Made by a program: the position numbers and the translations under genes. From a virus (lineage: Duplodnaviria > Heunggongvirae > Uroviricota > Caudoviricetes), in the IMG/VR virus record IMGVR_UViG_3300033066_001253, positions 77,223 to 141,222 of that record: a stretch of DNA of 64,000 bases. One strand, written 5' to 3'. Of the stretch, positions 20,414 to 29,964 are shown piece after piece. Position 1 is the stretch's first letter. Every line of letters starts with the position of its first letter. The notes under the pieces are model-generated. The model was not told the origin of the DNA. It searched no databases and saw only the letters and a program-made list of their open reading frames with translations.

Positions 20414-21346
20414 ATGGTAAATCACTTATTATTAAGTTTAGTTAATTCTGTCTTAGGACAAGGAAAACCTAGAGCAAGGGAAAATTATGCTTATAATTGT
20501 CCTTTTTGTCCTAACCCATCCTCAACCCCAAAACTAGAAATTTGTTTTACTGAAAGTAAAGATGGTATAAATAAATGGGGGTGTTGGAAATGTTTAAGTA
20601 ATGGTAAAAGACTTTCTACATTATTTAAAAAATTAAAAGTACCTCAAGAAAAATTTGATGAATTAAAACAATATGTAACTATTGGAGGTTCATCTGATTA
20701 TATAAAAATAGAAGAAAAATTAGAATTACCTAAAGAATTTAAATCATTAATTAATTCATCAGGTTTAACTTCTAGACAAGCTTTAGCTTATCTTAAAAAA
20801 CGAAATATAACTGAAAATGATATATTAAGATATAATATAGGTTATTGTGAATATGGTGAATATAAGGATATGGTAATTATTCCTTCATATAATTCAGAAG
20901 GTAAATTAAATTATTTTATGGGGAGAACCATAATTCCAGACTCTAAATTCAAACGTAATCCTCAAGTATCAAGAAATATAGTTCCCTTTGAATTATATAT
21001 AAATTGGAATTTACCAATTATATTATGTGAGGGATTCTTTGATGCTATAATTGCTAAAAGAAATGCTATTCCTTTACTAGGAAAAAATATTCAATCTGAA
21101 TTAATGAAAAAATTAATCCAATCCTCAGTAAAAAAAATATATATAGCTCTTGATAAAGATGCTTTAAAACAATCTATAAAACATTGTGAAATGTTGATGG
21201 ATGAAGGAAAAGAAGTTTATTTAGTGAATCTAGAACAAAAAGATTTTAATGAAATGGGATTTGAATCATCAATAAGATTATTACAAACTTCAAAACCATT
21301 AACATTTGAAAAATTATTAAATATAAAATTAAATGAAACAGTGTAA
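20414..21346 (+). CDS. DNA primase (zinc finger + TOPRIM)
   Basis: CPFC...CWKC zinc-binding domain; ILCEGFFD and IALDKDA TOPRIM motifs. Confidence 0.85.
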   Translation: MVNHLLLSLVNSVLGQGKPRARENYAYNCPFCPNPSSTPKLEICFTESKDGINKWGCWKCLSNGKRLSTLFKKLKVPQEKFDELKQYVTIGGSSDYIKIEEKLELPKEFKSLINSSGLTSRQALAYLKKRNITENDILRYNIGYCEYGEYKDMVIIPSYNSEGKLNYFMGRTIIPDSKFKRNPQVSRNIVPFELYINWNLPIILCEGFFDAIIAKRNAIPLLGKNIQSELMKKLIQSSVKKIYIALDKDALKQSIKHCEMLMDEGKEVYLVNLEQKDFNEMGFESSIRLLQTSKPLTFEKLLNIKLNETV

Positions 21347-21992
21347 AAGATGTTTTGAAAATAAAATATTGGATGAATTCCATAATAATAAGAATAGAAA
21401 AGATAATAAAGAAATATATTGTAAATCATGTTTAAATAAGTCTGCAAAAGATAGATATAAAAAAGACCCAAGAATATCATATCACAAAGAATATATTAAT
21501 AATGATTGTTTTAAAATATATCAAAAAGAATATAGATTAAATAATAAAACTAAACTTAATAAACAAATAAATGAATGGTATGTTAGAAATAAAGAAAAAC
21601 ATATAAAACATACTTCTAAATCAAAATTTATTAGGAAAAAGACCGATGTTAATTTTAAATTATCCGAACTTATAAGATCCTATATTTATTCATCTTTAAA
21701 TAAATTTGATATAAATAAAATAGAAAAAATAAAATATTTAGCTTGTGATATTGGGTTTTATAAGACATATTTAGAACAACAATTTAAACCTGAAATGAAT
21801 TGGAGTAATTTTGGTAAAATTTGGGAAATAGATCATATAATTCCTATTTCTAAATTCGATTTAACAATAGAAGAAAATATTTATAAAGCATTTAACTATT
21901 TAAATACCCAACCATTATTTAAAACAACTGAAATAGCAGAAAGTTTAGGTTATAAAAATTATATAGGAAATAGAAATAAAGGTAAAAACTAA
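21333..21992 (+). CDS. HNH homing endonuclease
   Basis: CKRC...CKSC; WEIDHIIP...NTQPLFKTT...IGNRNK; overlaps the primase stop. Confidence 0.8.
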   Translation: MKQCKRCFENKILDEFHNNKNRKDNKEIYCKSCLNKSAKDRYKKDPRISYHKEYINNDCFKIYQKEYRLNNKTKLNKQINEWYVRNKEKHIKHTSKSKFIRKKTDVNFKLSELIRSYIYSSLNKFDINKIEKIKYLACDIGFYKTYLEQQFKPEMNWSNFGKIWEIDHIIPISKFDLTIEENIYKAFNYLNTQPLFKTTEIAESLGYKNYIGNRNKGKN

Positions 21993-22013
21993 AATAATTT
22001 AAATTAAAAAACA

Positions 22014-22796
22014 ATGGATAACGATATAACTTATAAAAGAGTAATAAAACGAATTTCAGAAATAGATAAAACATCTAAACAAATTAATTTTTTAGATCAA
22101 AGATTTTATGAAAGAAAAGGTGAATATTACCCATCAATCACTTCTGTATTACAACTTTATCCTAAGGGTCGTCACTTTGAGAATTGGTTGAAAGATACAG
22201 GTTGGGCAAGTGAACATATAGCTAGAGAATCAGCTAAAGAAGGAACAATGACTCATGATTTAGTAGAAAAATATTTAAATGGTGAAAAATTAGAATGGTT
22301 GAATATTGATGGAACAGCTAAATACCCATTAATTGTTTGGAAAATGTTATTAAGATTTAAAGAATTTTGGGAAACCCATAAACCAACATTAATCCATACT
22401 GAAATTCATTTATATTCAGACATCCATAAAATAGCAGGTACTTGTGATTTAGTATTAGAAATAAATGGAGAAATATGGTTATTAGATATTAAAACATCTA
22501 ATCATCTTAATAATAGTTATGATCTTCAAACAGCAGCATATATAAAATGTTGGAATGAATTATTTGAAGAACCAATCCAAAAAGCTGGTATTATTTGGTT
22601 AAAATCAGGTAAACATAAAGCTGATTCTAAAGGTATAAAAATGCAAGGTAAAGGATGGGAAATAAAAGAATCAGATCGTACTATAGAAGAAAATTGGAAA
22701 TTATTTACTCATGTTCATGCTTTATATAAAATTGAACATCCTAATGACAAACCAATATTTGATAGTTTCCCATTATCAGTTCAAAGAACTGTTTAA
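22014..22796 (+). CDS. PD-(D/E)xK exonuclease (Cas4/lambda-exo-like)
   Basis: YPSITSVL, GTMTH, AGTCDLV, LLDIKTS, QTAAY motifs. Confidence 0.8.
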   Translation: MDNDITYKRVIKRISEIDKTSKQINFLDQRFYERKGEYYPSITSVLQLYPKGRHFENWLKDTGWASEHIARESAKEGTMTHDLVEKYLNGEKLEWLNIDGTAKYPLIVWKMLLRFKEFWETHKPTLIHTEIHLYSDIHKIAGTCDLVLEINGEIWLLDIKTSNHLNNSYDLQTAAYIKCWNELFEEPIQKAGIIWLKSGKHKADSKGIKMQGKGWEIKESDRTIEENWKLFTHVHALYKIEHPNDKPIFDSFPLSVQRTV

Positions 22797-22824
22797 TAAT
22801 ATTTATAATATATAATAAATTTAA

Positions 22825-23628
22825 ATGGCAAATAATTTAACTAAATCTGGTATAACTAGTAATGGTACTATTGAAGCCTGGCATGTAACACAAAGTATAG
22901 ATGCTTTTACAGGAACTGAAGCTTATAATATAAATTTAAGTGGAAGTTTAGCTGTTACTGGTTCACTTCAAGTAGGTTCAGGTTCTATATCTTCAGGATC
23001 ATATCAAACAGTAATAGGAAGTTTTAATAATCATAATGATATAACTTCTAGATTTATAGTAGGGAATGGTACTTCAAATTCATCAAGATCTGATGCTTTT
23101 AAAGTTACACATTCAAGTTCAATTTATATTCCAACCCAATCATCTGCTCCTGCATGGACTGGTTTAGATGGAGAAATAGTACCGGCTGTAGTTAGTGGTA
23201 GTACTTATTTATACATGTGGAGTAGTGGATCTTGGAAATCAACAAATTTTACACCACCCTATGGATCTTATATATCAGCAGTAAACCAAGATGCTGCAGA
23301 GAATGCCCTAACAGTATTAGTATACGATAATACTTTAGGTAGAACTTTAACTTCAACCAAACAATCAACAGGAAATTATTATTTATCAGCAATAAATGCT
23401 TTCCCCACAAGAGATAAAGTTTGGATTGCTTTAGGTGGTGCAACAAATGGAACTTACCATCCTATATCTACTGGTTCAAGTTTATTAGGATATTATTATG
23501 TGGGTAGAGCTAGTGCTGATGATATAGAAATTCTTACATTTAATAGTTCTTTTGTAGCTACGGATTTATATGATTTAATAGGAGCAGTTAGAAGATTAAT
23601 ATTACCTGAAATAAGAGTTTATAAATAA
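22825..23628 (+). CDS. Fibre-like virion protein
   Basis: G/S/T-rich; RFIVGNGTSNSSRSDAFKV trimeric-fibre motif; preceded by ATATTTATA. Confidence 0.5.
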   Translation: MANNLTKSGITSNGTIEAWHVTQSIDAFTGTEAYNINLSGSLAVTGSLQVGSGSISSGSYQTVIGSFNNHNDITSRFIVGNGTSNSSRSDAFKVTHSSSIYIPTQSSAPAWTGLDGEIVPAVVSGSTYLYMWSSGSWKSTNFTPPYGSYISAVNQDAAENALTVLVYDNTLGRTLTSTKQSTGNYYLSAINAFPTRDKVWIALGGATNGTYHPISTGSSLLGYYYVGRASADDIEILTFNSSFVATDLYDLIGAVRRLILPEIRVYK

Positions 23629-23653
23629 TATAAAAATAAAACTTATAATTTAA

Positions 23654-23686
23654 AGGCTTGGAGAAATTCAAGCCTTTTTGTATATT
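23654..23686 (+). terminator. Intrinsic terminator overlapping a sigma70-like promoter
   Basis: AGGCTTG-GAGAAATT-CAAGCCT followed by TTTT; TTGGAG (23658), 17 nt, TATATT (23681). Confidence 0.7.
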
Positions 23687-23694
23687 TATAATTA

Positions 23695-24438
23695 ATGATT
23701 AAACTTACTACTTTGCTATTAGAAACAATAAAAAAACCAAAATGTATATTCATTACTGGTCCTGCTGGTAGTGGTAAGTCCTACATAGCTGATAAAATAT
23801 TACCTAAATCATTTGAATTAATTAATATAGATAAATTCTATGAAGAATTACTTAAACAAAGTGGATTAGGGTTAGATCAAAAAGATTTTAATTTAACACA
23901 AAATTCAACAGCTGGTAAACTAATGGGTCAAGCTGTTACATTATCTAAATTAAAATTTATAGATTATTCTAAGTTAAGAGAAAATATAATAATAGATAGT
24001 ACTGGTGCCTCTTCAAAAACTTTATTACAAAAAAAACAATTTCTAGAAAATTTAGGTTACGAATGTATTATGTTAATGATATATGTATCACCTATAGTTG
24101 CATTAGAGCGTAATATACAACGAACTCGTAGTCTTATGCCGAGTATTATACTTAAAACTTGGTATGATGTAAATACGAATATAGACGTGTATAAACAAGA
24201 ATTTGGAGATAATTTTATATTATATAATAATGATCCAAAAGAATTACCTAGTAAAAATATCCTTACTTATTTTCAAGACTCTCAAGCAGAAAACACATTT
24301 AAAACTGAAGAAGATAAAGCTAAGCATATTGATAAAACCAATCAATTAATACAAAATATCACATCTTTACCTGATGTAAAACATGATTTTACTTCATTAG
24401 AACAAGTAAAAGATAAAATAAATAATTTCATAAAATGA
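23695..24438 (+). CDS. P-loop kinase (zeta-toxin/AAA_33-like)
   Basis: GPAGSGKS Walker A; NIDKFYE; IIIDSTGAS; ALERNIQR.R. Confidence 0.75.
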   Translation: MIKLTTLLLETIKKPKCIFITGPAGSGKSYIADKILPKSFELINIDKFYEELLKQSGLGLDQKDFNLTQNSTAGKLMGQAVTLSKLKFIDYSKLRENIIIDSTGASSKTLLQKKQFLENLGYECIMLMIYVSPIVALERNIQRTRSLMPSIILKTWYDVNTNIDVYKQEFGDNFILYNNDPKELPSKNILTYFQDSQAENTFKTEEDKAKHIDKTNQLIQNITSLPDVKHDFTSLEQVKDKINNFIK

Positions 24439-25649
24439 ATTTAGGAGAATATATTGCTTATTGTTTAATACAAGAAAGCACATCACCATATATAGTATAT
24501 TTTGATATGGATGATACCTTAACAAATTATTCTGGGCAAATTAATAAGACTAAATTAACTCCTAAAGATACTGTAAAACCTGAAAATGTTAGTTTTTGGG
24601 AGAATATGGAGTGGTTAAAAGGTTCTGAAGACATGTTACATTTTTCTACCCAATTTTTTAATACAAAAATATTAACTAGAACTCCTGACTTAGATCATGT
24701 AAAACAAGCTAAGAAAGAATGGATTAAAAATAATATAGGAGATATAGAAGTAATTACTGTTAGAAGAGGTTCCAATAAAGCAGAATATGCAACTCCTAAC
24801 TCTATATTAATAGATGATAAACAAGAAACAATAAATAAATTTAATAAAGCAGGAGGAATAGGAATATTATTTAATAATAATCCAGAATATATAATTCAGG
24901 AATTAAAAAAATATTATGATCCTTTTTATATGAAAGAAGATAAAATACCTGGAGGATTAGCTCAAAATAAAACATTAGAAGATATAGCTAAAAAACATAT
25001 TAAAGGTACTAAAATAGGAATTAGACGTATGTTAGTATTCTTAAAGGAACAACTTTGGAAAGGTGTTAAGATTGAAATGGAACATACAACAGATGAAAAT
25101 ATAGCAGAAGAAATAGCTATGGATCATTTATGGGAAGATCCAAAATATTATGATAAATTAGAAAAAGTTGAAATAAATGAAGGTAAATATCATGATAAAT
25201 TAGTTAAAATGGCTTTGAGGAAAGATCCTGATAGATTAACTGATTTAGGTAAAGAATATTTACCTGAACCTAAATTTACAAGTGACTTTAAAAAATATAT
25301 TTCTTATATTAACGAATTAGTAAATTATGTTTGTGAAGATCTTCAAATAGAACGACCTGAAATAAAAATAATTAATAGTACTAATTATACTCAAGAAAAT
25401 CATAGTTTTGGAGGTTATCAACCAGGACAAAATAAGATATTTTTAGTTATAAAAGATAGAAATTGTAGTGATGTTTGTCGTACTTTAACACATGAATTAA
25501 AACATGCTCAACAAGATCAACAAGGTGTTTTAACTCCTGAATCTGGCAAAGATGGATCTGAACATGAAAATGAGTGTAATTCATATGCAGGTAAAGTGAT
25601 GAGAGAATTTAATAGGAAATATCCTGAAATATTAACTTTAGTAAATTAA
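24435..25649 (+). CDS. Multidomain protein: HAD 5'(3')-nucleotidase + DUF5661-like + HExxH zincin-like
   Basis: FDMDDTL...ILIDD (HAD); GVKIEMEHT...IAMDHLWEDPKYYDKL (DUF5661-like); RTLTHELKHAQQ...ENECN (zincin). Confidence 0.65.
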   Translation: MNLGEYIAYCLIQESTSPYIVYFDMDDTLTNYSGQINKTKLTPKDTVKPENVSFWENMEWLKGSEDMLHFSTQFFNTKILTRTPDLDHVKQAKKEWIKNNIGDIEVITVRRGSNKAEYATPNSILIDDKQETINKFNKAGGIGILFNNNPEYIIQELKKYYDPFYMKEDKIPGGLAQNKTLEDIAKKHIKGTKIGIRRMLVFLKEQLWKGVKIEMEHTTDENIAEEIAMDHLWEDPKYYDKLEKVEINEGKYHDKLVKMALRKDPDRLTDLGKEYLPEPKFTSDFKKYISYINELVNYVCEDLQIERPEIKIINSTNYTQENHSFGGYQPGQNKIFLVIKDRNCSDVCRTLTHELKHAQQDQQGVLTPESGKDGSEHENECNSYAGKVMREFNRKYPEILTLVN

Positions 25650-25651
25650 TA

Positions 25652-26128
25652 ATGGTTGTAAAATATAAAATTTATCAAGATCTTGACGGATGTTTAGCAA
25701 ATTTTGATCAAGGTTTTCATAAACTCACTCACAAATACCCCTCTCAATACGAAAAAGACCATGGTAGAGAACAATTTTGGAACATTATAACTGAATCAGG
25801 AGCTAAATTTTGGTCGGAACTCCGATGGATGCCAGGAGGACGACAATTATGGAATTATATATCAAAATATAATCCTGCAATTTTAACAGCTCCATCAAGA
25901 CATGACTCCTCTAGAGAAGGTAAACAACAATGGGTAACTAAATATATGCCTGGTACTGAACTTTTATTTGAATATTCTCAAGATAAGAAGAAATATGCTT
26001 CCCCTACATCAATTTTAATAGATGATAGAGAAGATAATATATCACAATGGATAGAAGCCGGAGGTTTAGGAATACAATATTTATCAACTGACGACACTAT
26101 TAATCAACTTAAACAACTAGGCCTTTAA
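25652..26128 (+). CDS. 5'(3')-deoxyribonucleotidase, HAD family
   Basis: DLDGCL, ILTAP, GKQQW, ILIDDREDNISQWIEAGGLGI. Confidence 0.8.
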   Translation: MVVKYKIYQDLDGCLANFDQGFHKLTHKYPSQYEKDHGREQFWNIITESGAKFWSELRWMPGGRQLWNYISKYNPAILTAPSRHDSSREGKQQWVTKYMPGTELLFEYSQDKKKYASPTSILIDDREDNISQWIEAGGLGIQYLSTDDTINQLKQLGL

Positions 26129-26646
26129 TGAGTAATATTTTTGAAAATGATGAAGAATCATCAATATCTAAGCAAAAAGCAAGTTATGATCTAGTAGTTA
26201 CACCAAAAGATAAAACTCCTGAAGACGTAGTTAAAGCATTAGATAATATTGATAATTATGGTCAATATGTTTCTAATATAAGAACAGATAAAGCAGGTTT
26301 ACAAAAAGCACTAGATGATCATTTTGGTCCTTCTTTACCTGTAAAAAAGAAAGCCTTAGAAAAACAAAGAGGAGAACCATTTCCTCCAAAAACAAAACAA
26401 GCAATAGACGATTTTATTCGTTCTAAAACATCTAAACCAGATATGCTTAAATATGTTATTCAAGATAATACATTAGTATTTCCTAAAAATTCAAACCCAA
26501 ATAAAGAATTAACTAAAGCTATTTTAAAAACAGTTTTAGGTAAAGCAAGAATTGAATATTCAGTTGATGAAAAAGAAAGTTTAGATGAAAATATATTTAA
26601 ACTTAAAAAATTAATTAAGGAAGAAGTTAAAAAAATATTAAAATAA
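26128..26646 (+). CDS. Hypothetical protein with C-terminal LKKLIKEEV tag
   Basis: Ends LDENIFKLKKLIKEEVKKILK. Confidence 0.65.
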   Translation: MSNIFENDEESSISKQKASYDLVVTPKDKTPEDVVKALDNIDNYGQYVSNIRTDKAGLQKALDDHFGPSLPVKKKALEKQRGEPFPPKTKQAIDDFIRSKTSKPDMLKYVIQDNTLVFPKNSNPNKELTKAILKTVLGKARIEYSVDEKESLDENIFKLKKLIKEEVKKILK

Positions 26647-26649
26647 GTT

Positions 26650-27210
26650 ATGACTAAGTTAATAAAATCCTTTGAAAAAAAAGATGTACAAAGATTGAGA
26701 AATCTAGTACAAGGAAAATATGGTGAAAAAACCACCACAGGAACTGGTTATACTAAAGCTCACATTGATTATAAAGAAGGTGATATTTGGACAGAAGATG
26801 AACGTACTTGGACAATCAAAAATGGCATCAGACAAAATATAACTAAATTAGATAAAGCAAAACAAACTAATTTAATGCCTTTATTTTGTCCAGAATGTAC
26901 TAAAATTATGAAAAATAGAAATGATAAACCATTCTATAATATTCATAAAAAATGTTTTAATTGTGTTATTGAATTTGAACAAAAATTGAAGTTGGAAGGA
27001 AAATGGGAAGATTATGAAAAATCAATCCATAACAGTGAAATAGATAATGTAATAATTGAATTTAAAAATTGGGCAGAAGATGAGTTGAAAGAAAGTAATA
27101 ATTCATATATTACAGAAAATGGTGTAATAGAGGAATGGGTAGGAAAAAACGATAAATTAGAAAAAAACATACAAGATTCTTTAGAATTCTTAAAAACATT
27201 GAAAAAATAA
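26650..27210 (+). CDS. Hypothetical zinc-ribbon protein
   Basis: CPEC...CFNC. Confidence 0.65.
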   Translation: MTKLIKSFEKKDVQRLRNLVQGKYGEKTTTGTGYTKAHIDYKEGDIWTEDERTWTIKNGIRQNITKLDKAKQTNLMPLFCPECTKIMKNRNDKPFYNIHKKCFNCVIEFEQKLKLEGKWEDYEKSIHNSEIDNVIIEFKNWAEDELKESNNSYITENGVIEEWVGKNDKLEKNIQDSLEFLKTLKK

Positions 27211-27212
27211 TT

Positions 27213-27794
27213 ATGGAGCATTTGTTGACAGTTTTTATAACACTAACAACAGTAATTGGAGGACCAATAGTAGTAGAATGGTTCAAACATAAATTAACAA
27301 AGAAAAAAGCAGACCCATTAAATGAAGCTATTCAACATAATGAAGCTATTAATCATCAATTAGAAAGAATAATAGATGAAATAAAAGGAGATAGAGTTTG
27401 GATTGCAATGTTTCATAATGGGGGTCATTTTTATCCAACAGGTAAATCAATACAAAAATTTAGTATATTTCATGAACGTACTACATTAGAAACTGACTCA
27501 ATAATGGACACATTCCAAAATATACCTGTATCATTATTCCCACGATGTTTATCTAAAATATATAATGAAAGTGAATTACATATAGATAGAGATAATATAT
27601 ACGATTTTAATTTCTTTACTAAAAACCAAAATATAACATCAATGGATATGTTTGGTATAAAAGATCCTGAAGGAAGATTTATAGGTATAATGGCTATTGA
27701 GTTTAAAGAACCACATAATTTTAAGAAAGAAGAATTCATATTTATACGCCAGAAATTAGGAATCATTGGTGGTATATTATCACAATATTTATAA
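27213..27794 (+). CDS. Single-TM protein with GAF-like soluble domain (candidate holin)
   Basis: N-terminal hydrophobic helix; RVWIAMFHNGG...GRFIGIMAIEF GAF-like strands. Confidence 0.45.
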   Translation: MEHLLTVFITLTTVIGGPIVVEWFKHKLTKKKADPLNEAIQHNEAINHQLERIIDEIKGDRVWIAMFHNGGHFYPTGKSIQKFSIFHERTTLETDSIMDTFQNIPVSLFPRCLSKIYNESELHIDRDNIYDFNFFTKNQNITSMDMFGIKDPEGRFIGIMAIEFKEPHNFKKEEFIFIRQKLGIIGGILSQYL

Positions 27795-27804
27795 ACCAAA
27801 AATA

Positions 27805-28176
27805 ATGTCAGACAATTTTAATATACATAAATGGAATCGTGATAGATATATTAATGATCTTCAATTAGATGAAAATTATGAAAAAGCACTAGATATATTA
27901 GCTAAAAAAGCAGGTATTGAAGGTAGTAAAGGTAAAAATAAAATCAATTTACCTACCCAAGAATATAATGTTAGTTTTTGGTTAACTAAAGGTGGTGATA
28001 AAGAACCTATGGATTATGATGTTGAAGCTAAAAATGAGAAAGAAGCAATAGAATTAGCTAATTTACCATCTCATCATAAAATTTATAAACAAACCATAAC
28101 TGTTTTGAATAAAAAAACAAATGATGAGAGTAAATATAAATATGATCCAAGTAATTTAGAATATATAAAACTATAA
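27805..28176 (+). CDS. Hypothetical protein (start reassigned to 27805)
   Basis: ATG after the ATATTTATA at 27785; begins MSDNFNIHKW...LDE. Confidence 0.6.
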   Translation: MSDNFNIHKWNRDRYINDLQLDENYEKALDILAKKAGIEGSKGKNKINLPTQEYNVSFWLTKGGDKEPMDYDVEAKNEKEAIELANLPSHHKIYKQTITVLNKKTNDESKYKYDPSNLEYIKL

Positions 28177-28178
28177 AA

Positions 28179-28547
28179 ATGAAAAAAGAAGAATTAAAAT
28201 CAAAAATAAGAGAACAAATATTAACTAATCTTTCTGAAAAAAAGAAAAAAGATAATGTTGAAGAACCTGAAGTAGAAATTACTAAAGATACTGAAGAAGA
28301 AACATCAACAGAGACAGCACCTGCTAAAGATTTTGGAGTAGATCCAAAAATTCAAACATTACAAAATGCTCTTAAAGCTGCTTATGATGCTGCTAAAGAT
28401 ATGGGTGATGAAAAATTAGAAACTCAAATTGGTAATACTATTACTTATTTTACTAGAGCTCATATAGTAAAAAAAGATGAAGGTATTGCTGAAACTACTT
28501 TGAAAGAACAATTAAAAAAATTAATTAAACAAACCTTAAATAAATAA
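28179..28547 (+). CDS. Charged hypothetical protein with helix tags at both ends
   Basis: MKKEELKSKIREQILTNLSE ... LKEQLKKLIKQTLNK. Confidence 0.65.
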   Translation: MKKEELKSKIREQILTNLSEKKKKDNVEEPEVEITKDTEEETSTETAPAKDFGVDPKIQTLQNALKAAYDAAKDMGDEKLETQIGNTITYFTRAHIVKKDEGIAETTLKEQLKKLIKQTLNK

Positions 28548-28552
28548 AATCT

Positions 28553-28726
28553 ATGACAACTCAAGAAATCGTTACAAAAATGCAAGAATTAATGGAAGTA
28601 GTAGTTACTAAACAAGCTTCTAAAACTAAAAAAGATCACAATTTAGCTCGTAAGGCATCTAGTGAATTAAAAAAGTTAGCTGGTGAATTTAAAAAGACAT
28701 CTGCTGCTGAAGATAAAGCTGCTTAA
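28553..28726 (+). CDS. Histone H1-like Hc1-family protein (57 aa, absent from ORF track)
   Basis: Hand-translated MTTQEIVTKMQELMEVVVTKQASKTKKDHNLARKASSELKKLAGEFKKTSAAEDKAA; ARKASxELxKLxxEFxKxS matches the short Bacteroidota Hc1-type protein; fills the gap exactly. Confidence 0.7.
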   Translation: MTTQEIVTKMQELMEVVVTKQASKTKKDHNLARKASSELKKLAGEFKKTSAAEDKAA

Positions 28727-28728
28727 AA

Positions 28729-29265
28729 ATGAAAAAAAAGGAATTAAAAGATTTAATTAAAAAACTAACCACAGATATTATAAATAATACTGAGGAAAAA
28801 TCAACCCCTGAAAAGGAAATTCCTTTAACCACTAAATATTCTAGATTTGACTTATTAGTCCAATTCCCAGAAATGATTCCGGTTTTAACTGATTTAATGA
28901 CTAATGATTTTGAATTATTTTTAAAAGATATATTTTGGGTAGCTCCAAAACCATCCACTTTTAAATTTATGTTAATAAATGGTCAGCATTTCTTCCTAAT
29001 TTATGATGAAAGAAGTTGGGTTGCTCAAGTTGAAGGTAAAAAATATTATTTACTTGAACTTAGAGAATCCCAACTTGCATCTGAAGCAATATCTAGAATT
29101 TTAAGATATGGAAAAATAGAAGATTCAATATCATCTATTCCAGCAGAAAAATCAAAATCTAAATCCAAGTCAAATTCATCAACTAAATCTGAACCAGAAG
29201 GTGAAGAAATTTCTATGGAAGAACCACCTGTTGAAGAACCAACCCCTGACGAAGAAACTGCTTAA
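28729..29265 (+). CDS. Hypothetical protein
   Basis: 178 aa; MKKKELKDLIKK tag; acidic, proline-rich tail. Confidence 0.65.
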   Translation: MKKKELKDLIKKLTTDIINNTEEKSTPEKEIPLTTKYSRFDLLVQFPEMIPVLTDLMTNDFELFLKDIFWVAPKPSTFKFMLINGQHFFLIYDERSWVAQVEGKKYYLLELRESQLASEAISRILRYGKIEDSISSIPAEKSKSKSKSNSSTKSEPEGEEISMEEPPVEEPTPDEETA

Positions 29266-29963
29266 TGTTTACCCTAACATCAGATAAAGAATTTGATTAT
29301 GATAATTTAGTTAGATTAATGAAAAATAATCTGGGTAAAGATCTGACCAAATTACAATTTTTTGATATTTTATCAACATATACTTATAAACATTATTATA
29401 GTAATTTAGGAGATATTATAAAAATATTTCCTACATCTGTATTTACTATAAAAAATTGGAATAAATACGTTACTAAAAAAGAAAGTAATACTGGTAAAGA
29501 AATTGAACAGTTGATTACTTGTTTTGCTAATGAAAAAAATGTAGTAGCTGAAAATATTAGAGGAAAAGGTACGGATGTTTGTATAGGCAATAAGTATTTA
29601 GAAGTTAAATCAAGTGCTTCTAATAGAATAAATACTCAACTACAAACATCATTTTACAAAAACAACCCAAATAAATTCTATATATTTGTTACTAATACAG
29701 CTAAAGACAATATTGAATTAAGAACCGTATCTAGTCAATTATTATATAGATTAAGTTTAGGTAAAGAAATTATAGATGAATTTGAAAAATTAAATCAATC
29801 CCCAACCCTATTAAATCAAATAGATAAAGGCTTAAGTAATTTAGATTTCCCTCACCTAATCCAAACATCAATAAATACTGGTGAAAGTTTAGAAACAACT
29901 AAATCATTTGTTGTTGGTGAAAATGTAAAAGTAAGATTTGTAATATATCTAGAACCTAAATAA
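29265..29963 (+). CDS. Putative PD-(D/E)xK restriction-like endonuclease
   Basis: E...GTDVCIGNKYLEVKSS fits the D-x(n)-E-x-K nuclease signature. Confidence 0.45.
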   Translation: MFTLTSDKEFDYDNLVRLMKNNLGKDLTKLQFFDILSTYTYKHYYSNLGDIIKIFPTSVFTIKNWNKYVTKKESNTGKEIEQLITCFANEKNVVAENIRGKGTDVCIGNKYLEVKSSASNRINTQLQTSFYKNNPNKFYIFVTNTAKDNIELRTVSSQLLYRLSLGKEIIDEFEKLNQSPTLLNQIDKGLSNLDFPHLIQTSINTGESLETTKSFVVGENVKVRFVIYLEPK

Positions 29964-29964
29964 T

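Noticed and set aside
22014-22796. Cas4-like nuclease as part of a CRISPR system
   Set aside because: No repeat-spacer array or other cas gene was seen; it sits next to primase as a typical phage exonuclease.
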